From an uncultured Verrucomicrobiae bacterium (lineage in GTDB: Bacteria; Verrucomicrobiota; Verrucomicrobiia; Chthoniobacterales; Terrimicrobiaceae), in NCBI GenBank assembly GCA_963706955.1, contig CAVPOC010000003.1:608001-672000 (forward strand): a DNA stretch of 64,000 bases, read 5' to 3'. The position numbers were made by a program, and so were the translations under genes. Positions 42,314 to 53,922 of the stretch are shown here, in pieces. The notes beneath the pieces are model-generated. The model was not told the DNA's origin and did no database searches. It saw only the letters and a list, made by a program, of their open reading frames with translations. Each line of letters opens with the position of its first letter. Position 1 is the first letter of the stretch.

Positions 42314-43829
42314 CTAGTAAGACTTCGCCCAGACCGCGCGCTGTGCGCTGGGTTCACCCGTGAAGATGCAGCGGCCGGCCACCGGTTTGTTCTCGAAGGG
42401 AATACAGCGGATCGTCACCTTTAACTCATCTTTGATCTGAGCCTCAAGCTGAGCACTGCCGTTCCAATAGGCAAGTGCAAACCCGCCGTGAATTTCGGGC
42501 TTGTTGGCGTCTCGCGGAGTGAAAAACGCATAGAATTCTTCCTTGCTCTCAATCACCTTCGTATGGCTGTCGCGAAAGGTCGTCGCCCGATCCAGCATGC
42601 CTTGCTGAATCTCCTCGAGCATTCCGGGAAATTGCTCAATGAGCTCCGCGATCGAGACGTGGGCTTTGTGCCGGTGCGATCTGTCTCGGCGCGAAACGGC
42701 TGCGGTCTGGTTGGCGAGATCCCGCGGACCGATTTCAATTCGCACTGGAACTCCCTTTTTGATCCACTCCCAGTTTTTCACACCGCCGCCGAGATCACGA
42801 ATATCGACCTCGACGATCACTTTGTCTTCTCCGTAGCGAAGTTCGCGCAGAGCGGCCGCAATTCTTTCGACCGCTTCGATCACGGCGGCGCGGGTTTCCG
42901 CTTTCGGGATTATTGCGATGATCACCGCATGTGCCGGCGAGATGCGCGGCGGCAGCATCAGACCATCGTCGTCCCCATGCGCCATGATGAGAGTGCCGAT
43001 CATTCGCGTGCTCACCCCCCAGCTGGTCGTCCACGCATATTCGAGCTCGCCCTCGCGCGATTGAAACTGGATCCCGGATGCCTTCGAAAAGTTCTGTCCC
43101 AGGAAATGCGACGTGCCCGTCTGGATCGCTTTTCGATCCTGGACCATCGCCTCGATACAAAGCGTGCGCACCGCCCCGGGAAAGCGCTCACTTTCCGTCT
43201 TCTCACCGGCGATTATCGGAATCGCCAGATAGTCCCGCGCGAAAGTCTCATAGACGCCGAGCATTTTCACCGTTTCCGCGAGCGCCTCGGATTCAGTCTC
43301 ATGCGCGGTGTGACCCTCTTGCCAGAGGAACTCAGCCGTCCGAAGGAACAAACGGGGCCGCAACTCCCAGCGAACAACATTTGCCCATTGATTCAGAAGC
43401 ACGGGCAGGTCGCGCCAAGACTTGATCCAGCGCGCGTAGGCTGCGCCGATGATCGTCTCTGATGTCGGCCGAACGACGAGTGGCTCGCCGAGTTCGCCAG
43501 ATGGGAACCAGTTTGCCCTCCTTACTCTCCAGGCGATGATGGGTGACGACAGCGCACTCCTTGGCGAAGCCTTCGACGTGCGCAGCCTCCTTCTCCAGGT
43601 AGCTCAACGGGATGAAAAGTGGGAAATAGGCGTTGCGGTGACCGGTTGCCTTGAACATCCGGTCGAGGACGGCTTGCATTCGCTCCCAGAGCGCATACCC
43701 CCACGGCTTGATGACCATGCAACCTCGCACTTCGGAATTCTCGGCGAGATCGGCGGCCCGAATGATTTGTTGATACCATTCGGGAAAGTCCTCGTGGCGC
43801 TTTGGAGAGATGGCGGTTTGCTCTGACAT
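42314..43829 (-). CDS. proS: Proline--tRNA ligase, eukaryote/archaea-like type (indel at ~43505)
   Basis: [47 protein letters not shown] and C-terminal AKSY. Confidence 0.95.
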
Positions 43830-43943
43830 CATGAAAAACGGGCGAGTATTCAGCATGAACGCGCTGCCCGTCGCAACTCAAACGGAATCGCACGAAAAGG
43901 CAGTCTCCGGCAGAGTTTCGCGTCCGGCAAAGAACGCCCGGAC

Positions 43944-45048
43944 TCAGGAGTTGGCCAATTTTCTCAAGAGCGTCTTGAAAAATTTCACCCCGGCTTGCAG
44001 ATCGGCCAGGGAAATCCACTCGTCAGCCGTATGCGCCTGCTCCATCGAACCGGGTCCGAGCGCCACCGCCGGCGTCCCGGCGGCGGCAAGGAAGGCTGCA
44101 TCGCAGAACCAAGGCGCGCCGACGCACGGCGCACCGCATGCTTCCAGCAAGCGGATAAGCCGGTGGGCGGAGTTGGTCTGGAGCGGCTCCAAAATCCGCG
44201 GCTCGAACTCAACTCCGGCGAATTGTTCCGCCAAGGAATCAAGCAACGGCGCAAGATCCTGACCGGGATTAGTCCTGATATCGATTTTCGCCTCGCAGAG
44301 GTCAGGCACAATGTTGATCCTACTTCCGCCTTGAATCGTCCCGAGATTGAAAGTCAGCGGCCCGAGCGTCTCGTCCGAGGAAGCACCAAAGCGCGCTCGA
44401 GAGTTCATCACGAAGCATGCCGATAACCTCTAAGATCTTTTCAATGGCATTTTCACCGATCTGCGGCGTAGAGCCGTGAGCAGCGCGTCCGCGTGCGCGA
44501 AGAGTTAGCCAGACTGATCCTTTGTGCGTATTGACCGTCTGCAAGCGCGTGGGTTCACCAACAATGGCAAAATCAAATTTTTCTTTACCGGAGAGAGTTC
44601 TGGCGCCTTGCTGGCCGGCCTCCTCCCCCATGAATCCCGCAAACCAGATCTCGTGAGACAGGTGGGGCAAGAGATCCTTGCTCTCGAGCAAGGCAAAGAG
44701 CATCGCGGCCATCGGCCCTTTGGTGTCGGAGGCTCCACGGCCCCAGATCTTGCCATCATGCAGCTCACCGGAAAACGGGTCGATACTCATGCCAGCAACA
44801 CTCACCGTGTCAGTATGTGGTGCGAACAGGAGCCGTGGCTTCGCTTTACCGGCCGAAGGAAAGCGCCCCAGAACGTTAGGCCTGTCGGGCAGAACGTCTT
44901 CGAGCCATGCTTCCGCGCCACACGAACGCAGGAAATCGGCAACGAACTTCGCGCACTCTTTTTCGCCAGTGTGTTTTAGCCCCGGATCGCCATCGGGATT
45001 GACGCTCGGGATGCGAATCAATTCGCGTAGCAGGTCGGCAACAGTCAT
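43944..45048 (-). CDS. M20 family metallopeptidase/deacylase, ArgE/DapE-like (1 indel)
   Basis: HTDTV, GRGASDTKG, GEE, GEPT and AHTADE motifs. Confidence 0.9.
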
Positions 45049-45996
45049 CGCTTCTGCTGCTTGAGATACCAGTCAACAAATTTTGGGATGCCTTCAGATA
45101 TTTTTACGCGCGGGTGATAACCAAGCAGGGTGCGCGCTTTGTCAATGTCCGCACACGTAAGCGGCATGTCGCCCTGCTGCTCCGGTAGATGTTCGATGAT
45201 GGCCCTTTTGCCGAGAGCGTTCTCGATGGAACCGATGAGGTCCGTGAGCGTGGTGGTTTGATTCTCACCGAGGTTGAAGATCTCGAAGGGCGTCCTGCGA
45301 TATTTGAGGGCTCCAAGCACGCCTTGAACAATGTCATCCACGTAGGTGTAGTCGCGACGCGTCGTCCCGTCCCCATACTGCTGAATGGGCCTGCCATGGT
45401 AAATACAATCGGTGAATTTGTAGATCGCAAGATCTGGGCGCTGGGCAGGTCCATACACCGTGAAAAACCTCATTACCACGACCGGCAGGTCGTAGAGATG
45501 GGAGTAGCTTCCGCAGAGGTGCTCGGCGGCAAGCTTGGTGGCGGCATACGGACTCAATGTCTGAGGAAGCGCCAGATCTTCCGAAAAAGGCACCTTTCGC
45601 GCCATGCCATAGACCGAGGAACTGGAGGCAAGCAGAAACTGGCCGACCCGCGCAAGGCGTGCGGCCTCGAGAAGGTTGTAGGTGCCAACTACGTTGGTTT
45701 CAATGTAGGCGGAAGGGTTTTGCACTGACGGACGCACGCCGGCGCGCGCGGCGATGTGGATGATCGAGTCGTAGCCGCCGCGCCCCACGACCTCTTTCAT
45801 GGCGGAGGCATCACGAATGTCAGCCTCGATAACCTCCGCTTCTCCGTTGAATTCCTTGACATTCGCACGTTTGATTTGCGGGTCGTAGAAGTCATTGAAG
45901 TCGTCGAGAATCGCGACCGTCAGAGCCGGTTTGCAGCAGACTTCGGACAACATGAGAGCCGATGAATCCAGCGCCACCGGTGACTAGTATCTTCAT
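45045..45996 (-). CDS. NAD-dependent nucleotide-sugar epimerase, UDP-glucuronate 4-epimerase-like (indel near the 5' end)
   Basis: MKILVTGGAGFIGSH from ATG 45996; AARAGVR, SSSSVYG, YAATK and FFTVYGP..RPDLA. Confidence 0.9.
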
Positions 45997-46005
45997 CGGG
46001 TAAGG

Positions 46006-48637
46006 CTAATTGGCCCGCGAAAATGGCGGCAAGGAATTTTCGCGAACCCCGGACCATTCTCTGCGTCTCAACCAGATGTCCACCGGCAATAGAAGCAGCG
46101 CGATGGCAAGAAGCCATGGTGCGAGTTCTCTTCGCGTCAGGGCCGGGTGAAGCGCAGGCCGAAGCATCTCCTCGGGCTGGACTTCAAATCGTCCACCAGT
46201 AAGGGCTGAAAGCTCTCGGAGAAGCGGAGCTCCATCCTGCATGATCTGAAACTCCGCGGGATAATCGCGTGTCCAGGCTTTGGAGACCGGGCGTCCGGCT
46301 CCGTCGCTCACCGCGATGATGGCGCTTCCAGTCTCAGGTTTCTTGAGTCTGGCCCGATAAAGGCCAGGTGCTATTTGCTCGCTTTTCACCGAGACGGGCT
46401 GGGCAGCCTGGGCCGCCAAGGAGACGTTGACTTCAAGACCATTGCGAAACATCCCTTCCGCCGTGACCGCTTCCGAGTCAACGACGATGTCGCCGCCTTC
46501 CTCACGAAGCTCGACCATCAGGTCGCTCCGGTCTGCCGGACGGACCAGCATGCGGACAAGCTGGCCCCACAGTTTGCCATAGCCAGACCAGCTCAGCCAC
46601 TCGGATGCCCAGCGCGACTTTGCATCGCTGGTAAACGCGGCGACTCGGCCGAGCCCGTAGCGCCAATGAGCCAGCAGAGGATCCCCTCTTTCTGTCGACA
46701 GCAAGAGCTCCGCACCCGGTTTCAACTCTGAGGTGTTGAACCCGAGTAGAAGCGGCGCTTCCTGCCAATTGATGCCCTTGAGCGCTTCGCTAGAGCCAGC
46801 CGGTTGCGCGAGAAAAGCGTCTTCTCGAAGACTCGACTCCGCGGCTCGCATCGTTTCGATGGCAAACAAGCGTGGAAGGGTCGCCGCATCTGCGGTCAAG
46901 TAGAACCGCCCGCCACCCTGGGCGGCTAACTGGCGGAGAAAGGCGGTATCCTTGTCCTGCTCAGTGCCGAGCGCGACCACGGACACGGTGATTCGGCTGG
47001 CGAGCATCGCCGCTGCCAGGTCAAAACTCGAATTGCCGGTTCCTGCCTTATTGGTGCCAGGCTCGCCGGAAGACTTTTCCTCCGCATCGGCCGCATCCGA
47101 AAAGAGGATGACGTGCTTGATTTTGGCCTGAGCTTCGCGCAACCGCGGGAGCGCCTCGGCGAGCGACGTGTAGATATAGATGCCTCCGCCGCCCGAGGTA
47201 ATCCCAGCAATTCGCTTTGATGCGCCGACTTTGTCGCTGATTCGACCAAGCGGGACCACCTCCTGGACACGCGTATCTACAGCCAAAAGTCCGAAGAGAT
47301 CTTTGGCCTGCAGAACGTCGAGCGCCAATGCCGCCCCTTCATTGGCCAAGGCCATCTTCGTCTGCCCACCCGCGGGTGCCGACATCGAACCGGAACGATC
47401 AAGAATCACGAGCAAGGCGACCACGGGTGTTTCTTCCCGCTCTTCGCGCTCGATTCGCACCGGAAGCAAAGTGGATATCGAGGTCCGGAAGTAGCCGCCG
47501 GCGCCAAAACTCTCCTCGCCACCGAGCATCATGAATGCACCGCCAAAATCCTTGACCCATCTCTCCAAAGTTTTCATCTGCTCATCGGAAAAGTCGGCGG
47601 CCGGAGCTTCGGAGAAAACGATCAGATCAAACGCTTCGAACCCCTCGAGGTCTGTCGCCAAGCCGTCCGGCGGGCGGATCTCGACTTCAACGTCCGAAGC
47701 CCGCATGGCTTGAGCCAGGGATTCTGCTTGGGTGGGATTTCTATCGATGATGAGCACCTTTGGCCGGCCAGAGTGCGCAACGGCCACCTTCTTTCGGTTG
47801 TTTTCCAAGGCTGAATCCTCAGGCGCTTTCACTTCCACCTCATAGAGGGCCATACGTCCCTCAGCTCGCAGGTTCGGAAAGACAATTTCTGAAACTCCTT
47901 TGGAGAGCTCTCTTTGAACCTCACTGACGAGCAGATCGTTCTGATAAACACGAATTGACGCCGAGGGCATCGGCGAGGTCGAGAACACCTGCGCCGAAAG
48001 GTCGAAAATTTCTCCCTCACGCAGGGAGTTTGGCAGTTTGATCGAGACCACCGCAGCGTCCTTTTCAGCGACCGCTGGGACCGGCACCGTATCAATTTCG
48101 ACATTATGCAGCTGCGCGGCGGTTTCCACGGGGTTTCGGCCAGCGGTGGGAACTCCATCGCTAAAAAGCACGATACGGGCCGGGCGGTCGGCGGGCAGGA
48201 GAGTTGCCGCAAACTCGAGGGCCGCCGACAGGTCGGTTTCCTCGTCATTTTTGTCCTCAGGCGCAGCATCTCGGGCGCTGCTTTCGCCAAATCCTCTGAT
48301 TACCTGCGGCTCGCGCGCGAACGCCACCTCCGCGACACGTTCCGGATGGCTCCCGGCGAACGTCGCGGCTGTCTCCGCGTTCTGCGTCTGCCTGTCGCGC
48401 CCGATGCTGGCAGAAACGTCGCGCAAGTAGGACGACGGCGGGATCGGTTGTTTTCGTCAACCATCGCGGTCCTGCCAACGCGAGTGCGACCAGCGAAAAA
48501 ATGATCGCGCGAAGCAGCCCGCACCACGCTTTCTGTCGGCTTGGCCAGCGCGTCAGCGAATTTCGCGTCCCCAACCATTGGACGAGAATCGCCGCTGGAA
48601 TCAGAAGAAGAAAACCTGGCCTGTCGAAATCAACCAT
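46006..48637 (-). CDS. Membrane-anchored protein with two VWA domains and a glutamine-amidotransferase-like domain (1 indel)
   Basis: BatA-like N-terminal TMs; MIDAS DVSAS and DRSGS; GGEESFGAGGY; YGLGRVAAFTSD; C-terminal TM ending WLRRR. Confidence 0.85.
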
Positions 48638-48646
48638 CGGCGGCCG

Positions 48647-49646
48647 TCACGCCGCCATGGCAGCTCCCTTTTCATTGCCAAGCGTTTTCGTTGGCCGCAC
48701 GATCTGATCTACGGCCGCACCCGAGCCCGCCGTCAAAGACGAATTCGTAGGGCTTACCGCTCGAAGGAAAGACCAAGACCTTTTCGCAAAGAAAGCGCGA
48801 CTCGCGCTCAGTCAAGGATCCGGCAAGTGGAACCTCGTGGACGCGCGGACTGCCGCCCCGAGAGCTCAGGAAAAATAACCTGCCGTCGCTGAGCCGGACC
48901 ACCCATCCGAGAATTCCTTTTGGCTTGGCTGGTCCTGCGCCGATGACGCAAGGCGCGGCCATCTCGACCGCTGCGCCCTCACGGTGCAACGCGCCGCGAA
49001 ACGCCGCCGGCAATTCGTTCGGCAATCCCGTCGGACCCTGCGTGACCGCCAATATCTTCCTCCAGGCCAGCCAGAGAGTCGCACGCACGCTGCGAAGAAG
49101 GCTGGGCAGAAACGTCCAGGTCAGCCCTAACGCCACGATGGCGACGACGAGGGCGACAATCGGGTGCCAAAGGAGAAGACCGAGTCCGCCAAGGACCAAG
49201 GCGTCTCCGCCGAGGCTCAAGCCGATATTGGAAATCGGCTCCGGCGAGAAATTCGCCACCAATCGTGTGCCCGCCTTCGCGGCGTGCGCCGTCAGCGCTG
49301 CTCCCCCCGCGAGGAGAGCTGCAATCACTTTAATACTCGGGTCGGCTTGCCCGAGAGCAAGGACGGCAAGCAATGCGCCGCCTATGGGCCGGACAAACGT
49401 GTGGAGCGCATCATTGGCAGAATCGACCCACGGGATTTTGTCCGCGAAAAATTCCATGCAATAGAGTGCCCCCGCAATCGCAATCACCCACGGATCGCCA
49501 AGGACGAGAAGATCTTGGAGGTTGGAAGGCAAGACCACCCATCCAAAGTGAACGGCCATTCCCGTCACGAGGACGGTTAAATAAAGATTGATACCCGCCA
49601 GGGTAGCCAGCCCAAGCGCAACGCTCAGTGTTTCCAGCACATCCAT
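48647..49646 (-). CDS. DUF4126-like membrane protein with C-terminal extension
   Basis: GINLY, EFFADKIPWVDS and PEPISNI motifs; possible indel near the stop. Confidence 0.82.
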
Positions 49647-49820
49647 GGACCGAATATCCTGCAACTCCTTGCGATGTCACGTGATTTTAAAGCCACAAAA
49701 AACAGCCCGCGGTAGCGACTGCATCCCACGCACGCGAGGGCTTGTCCGATGTGTGGAGCCTCCTCGAGAACTCTTATCGCGACATTCTCCCAACGTCGAG
49801 GACACGGCCTTGTCGAGTCG

Positions 49821-49895
49821 CGATGTCCCCGTCGTCGAGGGCTCTGCCGGCGGTGGTTCACCCAAGCGCGCCTCGGCGGGGGACACTGCGTCTAC
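49821..49895. repeat. Degenerate copy of the GTAG REP pair
   Basis: cgatgtccccgtcgtcgagggct..ccggcggtgg..ggggacac..ctac aligns with the reverse complement of 38816-38876. Confidence 0.6.
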
Positions 49896-49950
49896 GGCAA
49901 TGGCCCTCGAACCAGGTCAGCCGTTCCGCGATGCGTTGGTGTCGCGGTGA

Positions 49951-50826
49951 CTAAAACGAGAAAGTAACCTTGGCGCCACCCCAGAAGGTGCTCGGCTCGG
50001 TGCCGATCAGATCCTGCCACTGATAACTGTAAGCACCGTACCCGTAGAGAGTAATCACCTCGTTGATTTTGATGGGAAGCCCGATGCCGACTTCGATGTG
50101 CTGGGCGCCGGTAAAAAACTCAAATCCGCTTTCGTTGTTCGCGGTTCTCGCGTTGAAATCAAAGCTCGTTCCAAATCCAAACCAAGGAGCCAACGAGATA
50201 ATGTCCTTGTAGATGGGAATGCCGGCGTCCAAGCGCGCGATCAGATAGCTGGAAGCAGTCTCGACGGCGCCGGTGCCGCGCTCGAAGTTCTCGAAGTCAG
50301 GTCCAAGATTAAGATAATAGACGACCGAGGGAACGAGCGTAATTCCGGCGGGCAGATTGAACGTGTATGCGACCGTCCAGTTCAGCTCATTTTGGTAAAG
50401 GACCGTATTGAGGAAGTAGTAAAACGTGTACCCCATGCCGACTGCCAGGTCGCCGAAGGTGTGAACGTAGTTAACCGTGGCATTGTATTCCTTATACCTC
50501 GTGTTTCCGAGGCCAAAGGCCATCCAGCTGCCCAGGGTAATGGTGTCATTTTCGGTGGGCATGAACGATACGTTCACCTGCGTCCAGTAGAGGCTGGAAC
50601 CATATCTCTGTTTGTTGCCGTCTTGGTCAAACCTGAGAACGTTTACACCGCGGAACATGTAAAGGCTGTCCCAACCGGTACTCAGAGAGGCCCCCCACCA
50701 CTTGCGGGCCTCCTCCACGGCAACATTTTCTTGAAGCGTTTTCTTCCCTTCGCCGGCAAAGGCGGGCTGGCTCGAAAGCAGACCGGCAATTCCCACGGCA
50801 GCAAGGATCCCTGTGATTGATTTCAT
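49951..50826 (-). CDS. Outer-membrane beta-barrel protein (TorF-like putative porin)
   Basis: Signal peptide ending AFA; S.YMFRG motif; aromatic alternating strands; C-terminal Phe (KVTFSF). Confidence 0.78.
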   Translation of the reverse strand: MKSITGILAAVGIAGLLSSQPAFAGEGKKTLQENVAVEEARKWWGASLSTGWDSLYMFRGVNVLRFDQDGNKQRYGSSLYWTQVNVSFMPTENDTITLGSWMAFGLGNTRYKEYNATVNYVHTFGDLAVGMGYTFYYFLNTVLYQNELNWTVAYTFNLPAGITLVPSVVYYLNLGPDFENFERGTGAVETASSYLIARLDAGIPIYKDIISLAPWFGFGTSFDFNARTANNESGFEFFTGAQHIEVGIGLPIKINEVITLYGYGAYSYQWQDLIGTEPSTFWGGAKVTFSF

Positions 50827-50925
50827 TCGTTCCTTTCCTTGGTTTTTGGTTACGCAGCCGCTCGACCGCACTCAGAGGAACAACAAAACCCTGTTCGGCC
50901 CAAACGACGCGAGGCACCATCTATA

Positions 50926-50941
50926 AGCACGTAATGTGCCA
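50926..50941 (-). promoter_or_regulatory. Sigma54 (-24/-12) promoter for the beta-barrel gene
   Basis: TGGCACATTACGTGCT, i.e. GG-N10-GC, 100 bp upstream of the ATG. Confidence 0.7.
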
Positions 50942-51077
50942 AAGGGTTGTGAAAGCTCTCTCAGCCGCGCTGCAGCTTCATGGCGTGCCAGCGCTTGAAC
51001 GAATCGCGACAGGGATTGTCGAAAAATTGCTGCGCCAAGGCGTTACTGCGAGGTTTACTCGCAACCCAACAACCCGC

Positions 51078-52154
51078 TCAGGAGGAGACGATGTTGATGT
51101 CTTCGGGTTGTATACGGCAAAAGACCTCTTCGCCTTCGTGAAAGACCAGCTCCTGCTGGCCATCATTGGCGATCAGCGCGCGAAGCTCCAAACCACCACT
51201 CACGGCGAGTGTCAAGTCGTTGACGGCTCCCTTGAAAACTTGCACGACGATGCGACCCGAAAAGACGTTCTGCCCCTGCGGCTGAGTCCGATAGAGTCGA
51301 ATCTTTTCTGGACGCAACGAGAGAAGAACACTGCTGCCGGCGAGGGGCGTCCCCGCCCTCGCCGCGAGCGTCATGCCGCCTGCGATTCGGCAATGGATCA
51401 CGTCCGCGCCTTTGTCGACGATCTCGGCTTCGACGATGTTGGTCTCCCCAATGAATGTAGCCACGAAGCGGGTGGCGGGCTGATAATAGATCTCGTTGAC
51501 GGTCCCGATTTGTTCGAGCCGTCCGGAGCTAATGACGGCGATGCGATCGCTCATGGTGAGAGCCTCCTCTTGATCATGGGTGACGAAGATGAAGGTGATA
51601 CCGAGGCGTTTCTGAAGTTGCTTGAGCTCAGAGCGCATTTGGGTGCGAAGTTTTGCGTCCAACGCGCTCAACGGCTCGTCCAGCAGGAGGACCTTGGGTT
51701 CGCAGACGATGGCACGTGCCAGCGCCACACGCTGGCGTTGGCCTCCGGAGAGCTGCGCCGGCTTGCGACTAGCGAATTCCCCCAGCGACGTCATCTCAAC
51801 GACTCGATCAACACGCTGCTTGATATCGGACGCAGCCAGCTTCTTCATTCGTAAGCCAAACGAGATATTTTCGTAGACGGAGAGGTGCGGAAAGAGCGCG
51901 TAGCTTTGAAAGACCTGATTCACGCTGCGACGGTAAGGCGGGTCGTGGGTGACATTCTTGCCGGAGATGAAGACTTCGCCAGTGGAAGGATGTTCAAAGC
52001 CGCTGATCAAGCGCAAACAAGTTGTCTTTCCGCAACCGGAAGGCCCCAGGAACGTCATGAACTCGCCTTCCGCGATATCGAAGCTGACTTCCTCAAGCGC
52101 CGTAAAGCTGCCGAACTTCTTACTGACCTTGCGCAACTCCACCATTGACGCCAT
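51078..52154 (-). CDS. potA: PotA-like polyamine ABC transporter ATPase
   Basis: GPSGCGKT, VFQSYALFPH, LSGGQRQR, LLLDEPLSALD, VTHDQEEAL; TOBE-like C-terminus. Confidence 0.82.
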   Translation of the reverse strand: MASMVELRKVSKKFGSFTALEEVSFDIAEGEFMTFLGPSGCGKTTCLRLISGFEHPSTGEVFISGKNVTHDPPYRRSVNQVFQSYALFPHLSVYENISFGLRMKKLAASDIKQRVDRVVEMTSLGEFASRKPAQLSGGQRQRVALARAIVCEPKVLLLDEPLSALDAKLRTQMRSELKQLQKRLGITFIFVTHDQEEALTMSDRIAVISSGRLEQIGTVNEIYYQPATRFVATFIGETNIVEAEIVDKGADVIHCRIAGGMTLAARAGTPLAGSSVLLSLRPEKIRLYRTQPQGQNVFSGRIVVQVFKGAVNDLTLAVSGGLELRALIANDGQQELVFHEGEEVFCRIQPEDINIVSS

Positions 52155-52243
52155 TTCGCAGCCTATCAGCGTTGAACCGCTCAGCTAGTGGAATTTCTCT
52201 TCGGAAGCACCGCGCCCACCCGAACCAGATCACGACCTCAAGG

Positions 52244-53899
52244 TCAGATCTTTTTCGAGAGGCGCTCGGCGAGGCGCTCCAGTGCGGGAGAGCGGTCCAT
52301 TGGATCGAGACGCGCGTCGATGATGTTGAGGTGAGCTGAATCAGCCTTGGCCGCGAGAAGAGCGCTGTCGAGTTCGTCTTCGGTCCTGGCGACAAAACCA
52401 CTCCCGCCGCCGATCACCTCCGGGATTTTGGAATATTCCCACGGGAGAATGTCGTTGTAGGGCCCATTGTGAATGTGCCGCTCAGTGCCATACCCCGCAT
52501 TGTTCAGCACAAGAATGATTGGATTCAAATTAAGTCGAAGGGCTGTCGCGATTTCCATGCCGGTCATTTGAAAGGCGCCATCACCAACAATGACCAAGGG
52601 GCGTAGAGATGGGTTGGCCAATTGCGCGCCAATGGCCGCGGGCACGGCAAATCCCATCGATGCGTAGTAAGCAGGCCCGAGAAACTCCGTGCGCCGCCGG
52701 ATGAAAAGGTCTGCCGCGCCGAAGAGCGCGTCCCCCACGTCAACGACGACAATGGTTTCATCGCTAAGAAAGGCGTCCAGCCGCTGAAAGAGGCGCTTTA
52801 CGGTCAGTTTGGCACGAGGTTCCACGCGAAACTCTGGCTCTTCTTCGGGACGGGGATGGGCGTTGCAATCACGCCGGCGCAGGTCGGCGGCGATGAGTCC
52901 GCGCATAAAGTCCTTGAAGCGCACGTCCTCGAAGGAGTGATAACGAATCGAAAGTTTTTCGCTGGTGGCACTGATGGAGCGGGCGGGGTCAAGCCGCGCA
53001 GTGTAAATGCCGAGATTGATATCGGTCATGAAGGTTCCAAGCATGATCACGCAATCACTGGACTCGACATAGACACGAACATCATCCCGGCCCATGGCAC
53101 CTTCGTAAACACCCAGACAAAGGGGATGTTGTTCGCTCATCACCGATTTCCCGAGAATCGTTGATGCGAAGGGAATGTTCGCCTTCTCGATCAACTCGAG
53201 CAGCAATTCCTGCAATCCAAACCTGTGAACTTCGACGTCGGCGAGAATCACCGGTTGACGCGCGGCATTGATCATGGCGACGGCTTCTCCGATGGCCTCC
53301 GCGAGAGCTGCCGGGTCGCTGGTTTCGTGAAGTTGAGCGGGAGAATGATGCTTGATGCCAAGACGCGCCACCATGTCACGGGGCAACTCGATGTAAACCG
53401 GCCGCTTGAAGCGCAACACAGCGTGAAGCACACGGTCTATCTCCTGAAAGGCGGTTTGCGGATCGCTCAACACGGCCGAGGCTACCGTCAGCTGCTCGAA
53501 GACCTTTCTCTGGGTGTCGAATTCCCGAACTTTATGGTGAAGGAGTGGGTTTCTCTCACGTTCCTTCATGCCGGGCGCACCACTGATCACCACCACAGGC
53601 GACTTCTCGGCAAAAGCCCCGGCAGTAGAATTGGCCACTTTGAGCCCGCCCACGCAATAGGTCACGCAAACCACACCGAGACCCCGAATACGCGCGTAGG
53701 CGTCCGCGGCGAACCCGGCGCCCTGCTCGTCGCACGTGGTCACCACCTTGAGCTCGCTGGCGACAAGTTGATCGTAGAAACCGAGAACATAGTCGCCGGG
53801 AATTCCAAAGACGTGGCGGACGCCCAGGGCATGCAAACGCGAGATCAAATAGTCGCCAATCGTTTGGCCAGTCTTCGCGGAGCTTTCAGACGCAAGCAT
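52244..53899 (-). CDS. ThDP-dependent 2-oxo-acid decarboxylase (indolepyruvate/phenylpyruvate/pyruvate decarboxylase family)
   Basis: FGIPGDY, DEQGAGFAADAYAR, LLHH and GDGAFQMTG..NN motifs. Confidence 0.9.
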   Translation of the reverse strand: MLASESSAKTGQTIGDYLISRLHALGVRHVFGIPGDYVLGFYDQLVASELKVVTTCDEQGAGFAADAYARIRGLGVVCVTYCVGGLKVANSTAGAFAEKSPVVVISGAPGMKERERNPLLHHKVREFDTQRKVFEQLTVASAVLSDPQTAFQEIDRVLHAVLRFKRPVYIELPRDMVARLGIKHHSPAQLHETSDPAALAEAIGEAVAMINAARQPVILADVEVHRFGLQELLLELIEKANIPFASTILGKSVMSEQHPLCLGVYEGAMGRDDVRVYVESSDCVIMLGTFMTDINLGIYTARLDPARSISATSEKLSIRYHSFEDVRFKDFMRGLIAADLRRRDCNAHPRPEEEPEFRVEPRAKLTVKRLFQRLDAFLSDETIVVVDVGDALFGAADLFIRRRTEFLGPAYYASMGFAVPAAIGAQLANPSLRPLVIVGDGAFQMTGMEIATALRLNLNPIILVLNNAGYGTERHIHNGPYNDILPWEYSKIPEVIGGGSGFVARTEDELDSALLAAKADSAHLNIIDARLDPMDRSPALERLAERLSKKI

Positions 53900-53922
53900 A
53901 ACAACTTAGATGAACATGAATT

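Noticed and set aside
42314..43829. Programmed frameshifting or pseudogenisation of proS, truA or pntB
   Set aside because: No slippery-site pattern seen; the indels are scattered over unrelated genes, consistent with sequencing error.
50975..50990. Second TGGCAC upstream of the porin gene
   Set aside because: No GC at the required 10-bp spacing.
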